DNA of 64,000 nt, taken from the NCBI RefSeq assembly GCF_036321535.1, contig NC_087436.1, positions 58,220,001 through 58,284,000 of the forward strand, given 5' to 3'. Positions 43,201-55,293 of the stretch are shown in pieces (positions within the stretch are counted from its first letter, which is position 1; each line of letters begins with the position of its first letter). A program made the translations under genes and the position numbers. The stretch comes from Camelus dromedarius (lineage: Eukaryota). Below the pieces are notes generated by a model that saw nothing but the letters and a program-made list of their open reading frames with translations, was not told the origin of the DNA and did no database searches.

Positions 43201-45007
43201 TGACTACTTCTACCTCTGCCTTGGCTGAGCTAGGTTACATGTTCTTATAGCCTTTATATTGCCTCTTCATAGCACTTAACACAATTAAAATTAATAGTTA
43301 CATCAATTATTTTTAGTATAGCTCTCCACTGATTGCTTATAAATTCAAACAGATCAGGGATCATGACTTTCTTGTTCAATGTAGCAGGGCACATACAATT
43401 TTTAAAAACTAAATGCCTGTGCAACCACATATGTAACTAAGACAAGATGATTTGCTTAGCAGCATTTGAGTGGCACATATGTAGTAAAATTATGACAAAG
43501 CTCTAAATTAGACCTTAAATTTTACCCTCCAAAATTGGATTTATTTTCTTATTTCTCAGTGATTGCTAAATGGAAAATGATACTGTGACCTCTTTTAAAT
43601 AGACAGATTACATAAAAATTAAAATAATGAGGATCTTGTAACTTTTTCATTTGAATTTATGGGAAATGATTAAAAATCATGATGTTAACTAATCTTAATT
43701 TACATAATATCACTTGAAAGCACATTACTTATGTTTTATTATTAGTGATTTATTCAGTTGTAGGTATAAATATGAGCTTTAAAAGAGAATAGAAAGATTT
43801 TTATACTATATTTTACATTTAATTAGCAAAGATAAGTATCTTAAAATGCTTAAATCTCACCAAAGTTCATGCTGGTTTCAAGAGATGCTTATTTATGTTA
43901 TATTTCTGTAATAATATTTATGATACAGTTACTACATTATGAGCACAGGGTACATAACTAAAACACAATAAAGTGAAAACATAAATATGTTTGTTAGATG
44001 ATTTCTAAATCTTAGAAACCTAGGGAACTATAATATAATTGGTGAAAATGGATTTGATGTTTCAAAAGATACTTCTGCTATGTTTTTCCTTCAGCTGACC
44101 CCAGAATGGCATTTCAAAGGGAATTACAAAGCTATTAAATATCCACAGTTCAATCCCCATACTTATTGGTGTCAGAAACATATGGAAATGGATTAATAAT
44201 ATTACAGATTGTCCTGGCAGTCATTTCATTTGATTAGACTTTTATTGCATAGAATGGATATTTAAGAAGTAAAGGTGATACAAATGAATAAAAGTAAAGG
44301 AATACTCTGCTTGCAGATCATGTAAACTCTCTTTGTGCTGAACTAATCAGCAGGCGATTTTTCTGGTATGACTTGTCAGAGAATGTAAATTAACCAACAA
44401 TATGAAGCCTCGGAGACTAAGGCAACATCTGCAGTGGATGCTGAGGTTCAGGGAACGTAGCATCACCTTTTAATAAGGTAGGAATTGATGTGTCTGCGTC
44501 AGTGAGACAACGCTGCTCACCATAAAACAGGTCCCATGACAGAAACAGTAATATGGGCTTTTGCACACTGTGCTATAATTTAAACTCTTTACTTTTATTT
44601 TCCAGATGAAACGTGGGAAAGTGGAGTTCAGTTTGCTTCAAACTGCAGGCAATCTTTGACGACACAGTATTATGAAGAGACCATGGGTCCCAAACTTACA
44701 AGATGCATAATCTTTGATAAATAATTTTTCAAAGTGCCTCAGTTTTATTCTTAGTAAAAGGACAGTAATATCTATGACATAGAGTTTTGGAAAAGAATAT
44801 TGTTTATGAAAAAATCCAATACTGTGGCTAAGATAAAGCATGTTATACTTTCATGTAACACTCTTAGTTCACCTACCATGTGCCAGTTAGATAAAGCATT
44901 TCACTGCTTCTCCCTCTTTGTTGTATAAAATCCCTTTATATAGGTGAAGATGTAATTCTCACTGTTGACTCAAGTTGCACTGACTGCAGGAAGAAAAAGA
45001 GGAGGGA

Positions 45008-46342
45008 GGGGGGAGAAGCAAAATGGCAGAGTAGAAGGACGCTTGTAGCTCACCCTCTCCCACAAATACACCAAAACTCACATCTATGGACCCACTCAGC
45101 CAACCAGAGCACCTGCCGAACTCCAACAGAACATCGCCCTCTTCGAAAGACAAAGATTCCAAAAATCGGGTAGGAAAAGAGAAAAAAGAAAAGGCAAAAC
45201 AGTGCGGGACTGATCCCACGGGGAGGGAGTGGCAAAGGAGGACTGGCGCTCATTCACTGGGTTTTCCCTCTCCAACGGAGAGGCCAGTGGGACAGAAGGA
45301 GAACCTCTGAGGCTCAGATATGCCCTGAGCACCCCTTGTCTGACAGAACTGAGTTAAACGGGCACAAAGGGTCCCCATGACACCCAGCCCGAGACGCAAG
45401 ATGACAGCTGGGGCTGGGGCAGGTGGCCCGAGCTGGGCGGAGGACTCGAGCGGCTGCACTGAGGCAGCCCCAGGGGACTGCAGGGTGCTGCGCACCATGG
45501 ATGGGAGGGGGTACGGAGCAGAACCACCTCGGTCTCCCATAAAATGCGGAAAAAAAGCAAGCAATACAGCTGGTGTGCCCTGGGGGGAGGGGCACCATAG
45601 ACTCTGTCTCCTCAGACCTGAGCTGCCATTACTGGCACTTCTCACGAGAAGACAGGCGGGACTCAGCCACAGCCACCATATTCTCCTGTGCACAGCACGC
45701 AGACAGCGGTGGGGCCGAAACCTGAATCCACACCCAGGGGCTCTGCAACCGCCTATGTAGGACTAAGACTTGTTTACACCTGGAGGCAGATAGGATCTTT
45801 CTTCCCTGGCACCTCAGAGAACTCGTGCTGCCAAGACAAACAAGGAGCTGAGATTTGGCACAGAGCAGAGGCGGGGCCATTCTGCGGTCTTCCCCCAGCT
45901 CACCTTTGGAGCACTGACCTGAGGCGGAGTGGGCAGCTGCATAGAGCAGTGGAGCGACCGGCACCAGGAAAGGACAGGCGGCAACCTGCTTTCCTGGCAG
46001 GAACGCAGCACCTGACCATGGTGCTGGAAAGGGGCGTGATCTGCCCACCTGCCTCCCCTGAGCACAGCATCTGACTGAGGCATCAGGAGGGGGAGTGACC
46101 CACCTGCCCACCGGATAAGAGCTCAGTACCTGACGCAGTGCTGGGAGGGGGTGCGATCTGCTAGCTGACAGCCACTGGGAGCAGCACAGAAGAGGGCGCC
46201 AACAGAGGGCCTCTGGAAACAGCAAGCTGAGTTTGCGAAACAGGGCGAAGACATAAAGAACTCTCAATAAAATCATTAAGAGCATACCGTCTCCAGGAGA
46301 ACTAGATAACTGATACTCCTTAAGCCACATTGCCAGAGAGGT
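45008..46342 (+). promoter_or_regulatory. L1 5'UTR internal Pol II promoter (CpG-rich) with YY1-like site at 45019-45027
   Basis: The only CpG-rich stretch in the window. CAAAATGGC near the 5' end, as is typical of L1 5'UTRs. Confidence 0.75.
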
Positions 46343-47242
46343 ATGAGCAATATGAGGAAGCCGAGGAACCACTCCCAATTAAAAGATCAAGAAAAATCCC
46401 CTGAAAGCACAATCAAGGAAATAGACATCGATGGCCTACTAGATCAAGATTTCAAAAAAGGAGTGATCAAAGTATTGAAGTAACTAAAAGAAACAGTGCT
46501 TAGAGATATAACATATATCAAAAATGAAATAGAAGCTATAAAGAAGAACCAAGGAGAATTAGTAAACTCATTTGCTGAGATGAGAGCTGACCTAAAGGCT
46601 CTACAAAGCAGGCTAGATAATGCAGAGGAACGACTAAGTGACCTAGAAGACAGGACAACAGAAAGCACCCAATCAGAACAGCTGAGAGAAAAACAAATAA
46701 AAAACAATGAAAACAATATAAGGGACCTATGGGATAATATAAAGCGTGCCAATCTATGCATAATAGGGGTTCCAGAAGGGGAAGACAGAACAAAGGGAAT
46801 TGAAAAGGTATTTGAAGAAATCATGACTGAAAACTTCCCAAACCTAAAGGAATCAGATATCCAAGTACAGGAGGCTCAGAGGGTCCCAAACAGGAAGACC
46901 CCAAACAGACCCACACCAAGACATATTATAATCAAGATGGTCAGAGTCAAGGATAAAGAAATGATCCTAAAGGCAGCAAGAGAAAATCAAAGAGTGAGTT
47001 ACAAGGGAACCCCCATAAGGCTCTCAGCTGATTTCTCTACACAAACACTACAGGCCAGAAGGGAGTGGCAAGATACATTCAAAGTCCTGAGTGAAAAAAA
47101 GATGCAGCCTAGGATACTCTATCCAGCAAGGCTATCCTTTAGAATAGAAGGAGAGAGAAAGAACTTCACAGACAAGCAAAAACTAAAAGAGTTTAGCAAC
47201 ACTAAACCCATGCTAAAAGAAATACTGACAGGTCTACTCTAA
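46343..47242 (+). pseudogene. LINE-1 ORF1p (coiled coil, RRM and CTD; Transposase_22-type) with one in-frame stop at 46481-46483
   Basis: ATG at 46343 is in frame with the 248-aa ORF 46496-47242. Motifs LWDNIKRANLCIIGVPEGE, TPRHIIIK, YKGTPIRLSADFS, ARREW and YPARLSF are present. Confidence 0.92.
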
Positions 47243-47383
47243 ATAGAAAAGAAGCGGGATGCTACAAAAATGAGAAACCCGTAACTGGAAAGGAGATAAC
47301 GGCCATGAATTACAAAAAGAATAAACACAAAATTGTAAAAGAAAACATCTAAATCATTAAGAGTGGGAGAGGGAAGCAAGGAA

Positions 47384-47754
47384 AGCCATTGTGGAAAACA
47401 GTATGGAGATTCCTCAAAAGACTAGGAATATACTTACCATGTAACCCAGGAATCCTGCTCCTGGGCATAAATCCAGAAGGAACCCTACTTCAAAATGACA
47501 CCTGCACCACAATGTTCATAGCAGCACTATTTACAATAGCCAAGACATGGAAACAGCTTAAATGTCCATCAACAGATGACTGTGTAAAGAACATGTGGTA
47601 TATTTATACGATGGAATACTATTCAGCCATAAAAAACGACAACATAACGCCATTTGCAGGAACATGGATGTTCCTTGAGAATGTAATTCTAGGTGTAGTA
47701 AGCCAGAAAGAGAAAGAAAAATACCATATGAGATCGCTCATATGAGGAATCTAA
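47384..47754 (+). pseudogene. LINE-1 ORF2p extreme C-terminal remnant
   Basis: WKTVWRFLK...[15 protein letters not shown]...[13 protein letters not shown]. Collinear with 54606-54965. No upstream RT or CCHC region. Confidence 0.9.
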
Positions 47755-48239
47755 AATCAAAACAAAACAAAACATAAATACAAAACAGAAACAGACTCAT
47801 AGACATAGAATACAAACTTGTGGTTGCCAAGAGAGTGGGGGGTGGGAAGGGGCAGACTGGGATTTTAAAATGCAGAATAGATAAACAAGATTATACTGTA
47901 TAGCACGGGGAAATATATACAAGATCTTGTGGTAGCTCATAGTGAAAAAAAATGTGACAATGAATATATGTATATTCGTGTATAACTGGAAAACTGTGCT
48001 CTACACTAGAATTTGACAACATTGTAAAATGACTATTACTTAAGAAAAAAAATGTTAAGAAAAAAAAAAGAAAACAGAAAAAGAGGAGGGAACAGGAAAC
48101 CAAGGACAGAGGGGTAGACAGAAAGGTGAGAAAGTAGAATAAGAAACAGTGCTACATATGAATGACAATGAGACTTACAGTTAGTGTTGGTCGACACTGA
48201 CTGAATCCAACATTCATTTCTCCTTTCTGTATGTCTTTC

Positions 48240-48830
48240 TATATAGTACAGAATGAGAAAGGAAAGCATTCATTTGCTAAATTCCCTTGTTGCTAGGGTT
48301 TTAGATGTCAGTTATATTCTCCCAATCAGACAGAATTTAAGAAGGTTTGGAATGAAAAAGTGAGGCAGAAGCTGTTTTTTATTTTACTGGCAAACATGGT
48401 CATGAAGGTCATCTATTTTTTTCTTCAACATTAACTGAGTTTCCAGTGTCCCATAATCATTTTTGTAGGTAAGGAAGGGCTAGACATGGCAGACTGAAGT
48501 CTGGCAACTTATGAATTTTCTCATACAGTTCTGAATCTAGCAACAGTAAATTTAGTGGCTTTTTGACTATAGTAGCTCCCTGACAGTGGATGTATGAGGA
48601 CCATGGTCCTGTGGAGTCATTCTCAAGCCAGTGGCTTCTCATCAAAAGTCGTTAGCTACCTTGGGTTGCTCAGTTCAGTGGGGGTGGCTTTGTTATTCAT
48701 TTTTGACAGTTCAATCTAGAATATGTTTCTTCAACCCTACCAAGGCATTTAATAACCTGTCCAAAATCCCTTTTTTATTTAAACTAGTTAAATGGATTCC
48801 ATTCTCTGAAACTGAACCATGCAGATAGAG
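48240..48830 (+). mobile_element. Old ERVL-class (LTR16-like) LTR remnant
   Basis: 'ttcccttgttgctagggtt...tcccaatcagac' and a 3' end 'ccttttttatttaaactagtt...aactgaacc'. Family uncertain. Confidence 0.4.
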
Positions 48831-50344
48831 ATTCTAATAAAGCTTCATAAAAGCTATAACCAATGGAGGAATTATGTGCACAATCAACAACTTAGACCAT
48901 TTGAAAGTTAACACTTATTAAGTCTTAATATATAATTTTTTCTTAAAACTGTATGTTTTCCACTCAAATAAAAAGAATGAAATACATAAAAAATTACTAA
49001 TCAACCACCAGTTACGTTGTATCAAGCAAAGCACAATGATAGAAGGAAGGAAAAACAATAGTACTACTTTAAATGAGCTCACAATCTATATAGGGAATGA
49101 CAAATCCAGAAGAATTTTAAATATAAGACAAAGTGTGGAAAGCAGAGCAAAGTAAGAGTGCTCTAGCAGCACAGAGGAAAGGAAGTGATTATGGCTGTGG
49201 TAATGAGGGAGGGATAATAGTACTTCTTGTGATTCTAGTGATTACAATCTCTTGGGAAAATTTTTTCTCAAAGTGGAATCCACAAAACCAGTTCTCAGAG
49301 GTTAATAAGTTCTTTATAAAGCAATGTATCTCAGTAATATGTTTGGGGAAACTGGGTTAAACCAAAATATGTTTTGTCTTTTAGAACTATGCACAGACTT
49401 TAATACCTAATGTATGTTGGGTATCTCTTTTAAAAAGGAACACAATCACAGTATTTCAAACTTTTCCTTGACAAGAGAACAACAGAATGCAGTCTTCATG
49501 GACTATCTCTCAGGGTTACAGTTGTAAAGAACACACTTTGAAAATAAAATGTGACATAAAGTAAATAACAGATTTATTAATCCAGAAAAATGGTCATTGT
49601 GTATAATGATCATTTTTACAACTAGTAGCTAAGCTGAAAAGTATAATGCCATGCTAAAAGAATTCAGACATTCAAGAGAAAATGACAGAATTTTTTTCTT
49701 TTTGTTTTGCAAAACACAGTGATGTGTAAAAGGGAACCACAGTTTGGAATAATCACATGACGTCAAGGTAACAGATACAACTACCAGTCATGATTAACTG
49801 GCAGTTATGGAAACTGAAAGATATTTTTTTTTTCAAAGGATTTTGACTTGATGTGCTAGAGGAAAATTTTCAATGCAAAACACACCTATGCACACATGAA
49901 CACACATACAATACCAGCAAAGCAGAAGTCTGTGTAATAACTTCTCAAAAAAGCCAAAAACTTATCACAGGAAATTTCTTGAAAATGTTTTGTGGTTAAA
50001 AATAAAAACTATTTGATTTCATGGCACTGAAATTAAAGGTGTTTTTCAACCATTAATTTTTTTTTCGGTATTGCTCCTTATGCTTTACTAAGATAAAAAT
50101 ATTTCACTTAATAGGTTTTAAAGTACACAAAAAACAGTTAAATTAATAATTCACAGAATAAAAAAAAACATAGCTAACATTTAATGAATACTAATTATGT
50201 GCCAGCTACTATTTTAAATGGTTTGTATACAGTAACTATTTTGTCTTCAAAATAATTCTCTGAATAGATACTATTACTATCTCAATTTTATGGATTATGA
50301 AACTAAAACTTGGGGAAATCTAGCCCCCTCTTCAAGGTCACTAC

Positions 50345-50770
50345 TATCTGGCTATAGGTCAAGCTACTGTAACAAAGGGACACAAAACTCCAATAGCTTG
50401 AATAGATAGACGTTTCTCATCCCAGAGCTACAGTCAGGTAAGGAATGCAACTTTGTTTCACAAGATCATCAGGGACCCAGATTCTTTCCATTCAGTGGTT
50501 CTGTCATCTTCAGGGTATTGCCTTTATTGGTATGGCTGAAGTGAGGTCTTGACCACAATGTCCACATTCCAGCCCACTGGAAGGTTATAAGAGCAGTGGA
50601 GGGCAAGGAGTTACTTTAAAAGAGTGAGATCTAGAATGTGCCTACATCACTTCCTCTCACACCCCACTGGCCATAACTTAGTCTTATTACTTTTTCTGGG
50701 TCCAAGGGAAGCTAAATGATTATCAAAGAAGAATAAGAGAATGAATACTGGAGACAATTAGCAATGAGAC
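50345..50770 (-). mobile_element. Old MaLR LTR (MLT1J/K-like) adjacent to a MIR
   Basis: 'aagctactgtaacaaa...cagggacccagattctttcca...catcacttcctctcacaccccactggcc..aacttagtc'. Confidence 0.6.
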
Positions 50771-51902
50771 ATAAAGATTCTTAATAAATCATCTGGGGTC
50801 TCACTTACTAATTAATAGCACTGAGATATAAACCTAGTTCAGTCTTACTTAATGCTCAGCTGATATTCAACACCTTTAACCAACCTGTGAAATAAGTATT
50901 TTTTAACCAGATTAATAGATGTCACTTATGATGAGAGAGATTAAGTTATCTCTTTAGGATCAGCAACTATTCAGATGCTTTGCAAGACAGGAAGCCACGT
51001 CTTTGATACACAATGATTATTTTTAATCACATGGAATACATTTTTCTATGACTGGCAATGCATTGCTCTTTAAACCATATCTATATATATATGACATATA
51101 TATACATGACTTTTAGAAAAATCTTGTGCTGTACAGATATATCACTCTATTCAATTCACTTAATGATAAAGTCCCAACCCTCATGAAAGTCTTTGTTTAG
51201 AAAAGGTTGACTATCAGGTCTTCAAAAATACTTTGTGATATTTTTCTGGGAGAAAATTTAATTTGACTAATGTTATTTGAATTTACAATAGCTTTTTCAG
51301 GGAAATGTAGCTCTATAAGTCAGAGGTTCATCTGCATTGACAGTAGGCAATGAAACCTATCTGCTGGAGCTCACCAGTCAAATGTTGCTCAAGCTGGTAG
51401 TGAGAGAGAATCAGTGTGCAAATCAGATGACTAAGGCATATAATGCCAGTCTCTTTCTAGGTCAGTATCTACAGAAGTGCATATGAAAATAAAATTTCTC
51501 TCTTGAACTCCACTAAATTTAAATCACAGCAGAGAGGCAAGGATCAAACAGAGATGGCCAAGATTAAATTGAGAATAAAGTAATCTTGTACATCCCTTGA
51601 GTTTCCACTGCAAGTGATGATAGCAATCAAGAGGATGCTTCTCTGTGCTGAGAGCTGAGGTGGATAAAGTGAGGGCACCAGTCTTTCTATTCGGATCCTT
51701 TCACAACTACTAAAATGCACTTTTAAACTTTCAGGTACATTAGTAGTGCCATAAAGAATTGAAATCTCTTTTCATATCATTTTAGCAGTCATTTGGCTGT
51801 ATCACAGGCCACTGTTTCTTGTATGCTACAGTAAACCTCTACCTAAAAGTGTCAGGCTGACTGTGAGGAGCTATCAACTATCTGCACACCTGACAGGACT
51901 CC

Positions 51903-51903
<1 letters not shown>

Positions 51904-51935
<32 letters not shown>
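51904..51935. repeat. Poly(A) tract
   Basis: Direct read. Confidence 0.95.
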
Positions 51936-51940
<5 letters not shown>

Positions 51941-52563
51941 GCCTCACACATCAGACAAGCTCTCTGCTTTATTAAATAGTAGCAACGGTCCTTTTCTTAA
52001 AGATCAACGAAAACTTCCAAATGCATTTTGTTAATCCTTACTCATAACATGTATTTACAAGAATGCACGTAATAATGACCTTGGATATTGACTCTTAATG
52101 AAAAATAATGCTTAAACTTGTCCAAGTAATTTATTTTATGTTCGTGACCTTCCTCTGAAATTAGCCGCTAGTATTCTACAACTTCTTAAATCTCTAACAA
52201 ATAAAGGCATATATACTGATGACTGACACTTTTTGTTTTTATCTAAGTTCTTTATATAAACTTAATACCAAAAGAAAACTAGTATAAGATTGAAAGTATG
52301 GGAAGGTACTTTTTTCAGATTATTTCATGTATTTCCAAATACTATAAGAAGTATTATTTAGATCTGTAAAATATGATCAAGTTTTGCTGCTTAGTTTGTA
52401 GCTTTCCAAGCTCACAAATTCATAGAGTGTTATACAGAGATAATGAGATATGATGATGGTTACATATACAGAAGCAATGTGTATTATGCACAAATTCTTC
52501 TAATAGATTTGATATATTAATTAAAATGATTCGAAGGAATTTCCAGTCTCCTGGGCTTTGGAT

Positions 52564-52677
52564 ATTAAGACCTTTAAATCTAATCCCATTGGCTTGATTT
52601 ACATTATATTTACTACTGCAATTAAGACCTTTAAATCCAATCTCTTTGATTTGATTTCTACTACAATTACTACTAGA
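52564..52677. repeat. 57-bp diverged tandem duplication
   Basis: 'attaagacctttaaatc' starts at both 52564 and 52621, and the downstream halves are similar. Confidence 0.85.
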
Positions 52678-52792
52678 ATTTCTAGTATGAAAATTATGAA
52701 TTCATTTATGCAGATGTTAATTTACTCAACAAATGTCTAATAAACAACTACACATCAGGCACTGATCTAGCAACAATCAAGAATACATTGAT

Positions 52793-55293
52793 AGAAATCC
52801 TCACCAAAGTTTTAGCAAATAGAATCCAACAACACATAAAAAAGATTATACATCATGACCAAGTGGTGTTCATCCCAGGGACACACAAGGCTGGTTCAAC
52901 ATACGCAAATCAATCACTGTAATACATCACATCAACAAGAGAAAGGACAAATACCACATGATCATCTCAATCGATGCAGAAAAAGCATTTGATAAAATTC
53001 AACACCCATTTATGATAAAAACTCTAGCCAAAGTGGGTATAGAGGGAACATATCTCAACATAATAAAAGCTATATATGACAAACCTACAGCCAGCATAGT
53101 ACTCAACGGTGAAAAACTCAAAAGCTTCCCACTAAAATCTGGGACAAGACAAGGATGCCCACTATCACCACTCCTAGTCAACATAGTCCTGGAAGTCCTA
53201 GCCACAGCAGTCAGGCAAGAGAAAGAAATAAAAGGGATCCAAACTGGAAAAGAAGAGGTAAAAGTGTCATTATATGCCGACGACATGTTGCTATAATAGA
53301 AAACCCTAAAAGGTCCACACAAAAGCTACTAGAGCTGATTGAAGAATTCAGCAAGGTAGCAGGTTACAAAATTAACGTTCAAAAATCAGTTACATTTCTT
53401 TACACTAACGATAAATCAACAGAAGAAGAAAGTAAAGAAACAATCCCCTTTAAAATAGCACCCAAAGTAATAAAATATCTGGGAATAAATCTAACCAAGG
53501 AGGTGAAAGAATTATACACAGAAAACTATAAACCATTGATGAAGGAAATTAAAGAAGACTTTAAAAAATGGAAAGATATTCCATGCTCTTGGATTGGAAG
53601 AATCAATATTGTTAAAATGGTCACACTGCCCAAGGCAATCTACAGATTTAATGCAATCCCTATCCAATTACCCAGGACATATTTCACAGAACTAGAAAAA
53701 ATCATAATAAAATTCATATGGAACCATCAAAGACCTAGAATTGCCAAAGCATTACTGAAGAGAAAGAAAGAGGCTGGAGGAATAACTCTCCCAGACTTCA
53801 GACAATACTATAGAGCTACAGTCATCAAGACAGCATGGTATTGGTACCAAAACAGACATATAGACCAATGGAACAGAATAGAGAGCCCAGAAATGAACCC
53901 ACAAACTTTTGGTCAACTCATCTTTGACAAAGGAGGCAAGAATATACATTGGAATAAAGACAGTCTCTTCAGCAAATGGTGTTGGGAAAACTGGACAGCA
54001 GCATGTAAAACAATGAAGCTAGAACACTCCCTTACACCATATACAAAAATCAACTCAAAATGGATTAAAGACTTAAACATAAGACAAGATACAATAAACC
54101 TCCTAGAGGAAAACATAGGCAAAACATTATCTGACATACATTTCAAAAATTTTCTCCTAGAAGAAATAAAAGCAAGAATAAACAAATGGGACCTAATGAA
54201 ACTTACAAGCTTCTGCACAGCAAAGGAAACCAGAAATAAAACAAGAAGAAAACCTACGGAATGGGAGAAAATTTTTGCAAGTGAAACCGACAAAGGCTTG
54301 ATCTCCAGAATATATAAGCAGCTCATACGACTCAATAAGAAAAAAATAAACAATCCAATCCAAAAATGGGCAGAAGACCTAAACAAGCAATTCTCCAAGG
54401 AAGACATACAAATGATCAAAAAGCACATGAAAAAAATGCTCAATATCACTAATTATCAGAGAAATGCAAATCAAAACTACAATGAGGTATCACCTCACAC
54501 CAGTCAGAATGGCCGTCATTCAAAAATCCACAAATGACAAGTGCTGGAGAGGCTGTGGAGAAAGGGGAACACTCCTACACTGCTGGTGGGAATGCAGTTT
54601 GGTGCAGCCACTATGGAAAACAGTGTGGAGATTCCTCAAAAGACTAGGAATAGACTTACCATATGACCCAGGAATCCCACTCTTGGGCTTGTATCCAGAA
54701 GGAAATCTACTTCAGGATGACACCTGCACCCCAATGTTCATAGCAGCACTATTTACAATAGCCAAAACATGGAAACAGCCTAAATGTCCATCAACAGGTG
54801 ACTGGATAAAGAAGATGTGGTATGGAATACTACTCAGCCATAAAACCCGACAACATAATGCCATTTGCAGCAACATGGATGCTCCTGGAGAATGTCATTC
54901 TAAGTGAAGTAAGCCAGAAAGAGAAAGAAAAATACCATATGAGATCGCTCATATGTGGAATCTAAACAAACAAAAACAAAAACAAACAAACAAACAAAAA
55001 CAAAGCGTAAATAAAGGACAGAAATAGACTCACAGACAGAGAATACAGACTTGTGGTTACCAGGGGGGTGGAGGGTGGGAAGGGATAGACTGGGATTTCA
55101 AAATTGTAGAATAGACAACACTGTATAGCACAGGGAAATATACACAGAATGTTATGATAACTCACAGAGAAAAAAATGTGACAACGAGTGTGTATATGTC
55201 CATGAATAACTGAAAAATTGTGCTGAACACTGGAATTTGACACAACATTGTAAAATGATTATAAATCAATAAAAAATGTTAAAAAAAAAAAAA
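52793..55293 (+). mobile_element. Young 5'-truncated LINE-1 (RT region to poly-A)
   Basis: ORF2 homology, 3'UTR, aataaa and A tail. 14-bp TSD aagaatacattgat at 52779-52792 and 55294-55307. Confidence 0.95.
52797..54965 (+). pseudogene. LINE-1 ORF2p reverse transcriptase and C-terminal domain, frameshifted
   Basis: [33 protein letters not shown] and [18 protein letters not shown] are present. Frameshifts at ~52885, ~53295, ~54433 and ~54821. Confidence 0.95.

Larger units (their letters stand above)
45008..48075 (+). mobile_element. Full-5'UTR LINE-1 derivative lacking nearly all of ORF2 (HAL1-like, non-autonomous)
   Basis: G-rich start, YY1-like caaaatggc, GC-rich 5'UTR, ORF1, spacer, ORF2 C-terminal remnant from ~47384, 3'UTR and A tail. 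Perfect 16-bp TSD agaaaaagaggaggga at 44992-45007 and 48076-48091. Confidence 0.92.

Noticed and set aside
53752..54449. Antisense ORFs over L1 ORF2 (and 46444-46824 over ORF1)
   Set aside because: These are the usual by-product of the A-rich L1 sense strand.
52958..54907. Retron, DGR or other novel RT system
   Set aside because: Canonical L1 ORF2 motifs with 3'UTR, poly-A and TSD. The element is truncated and frameshifted.
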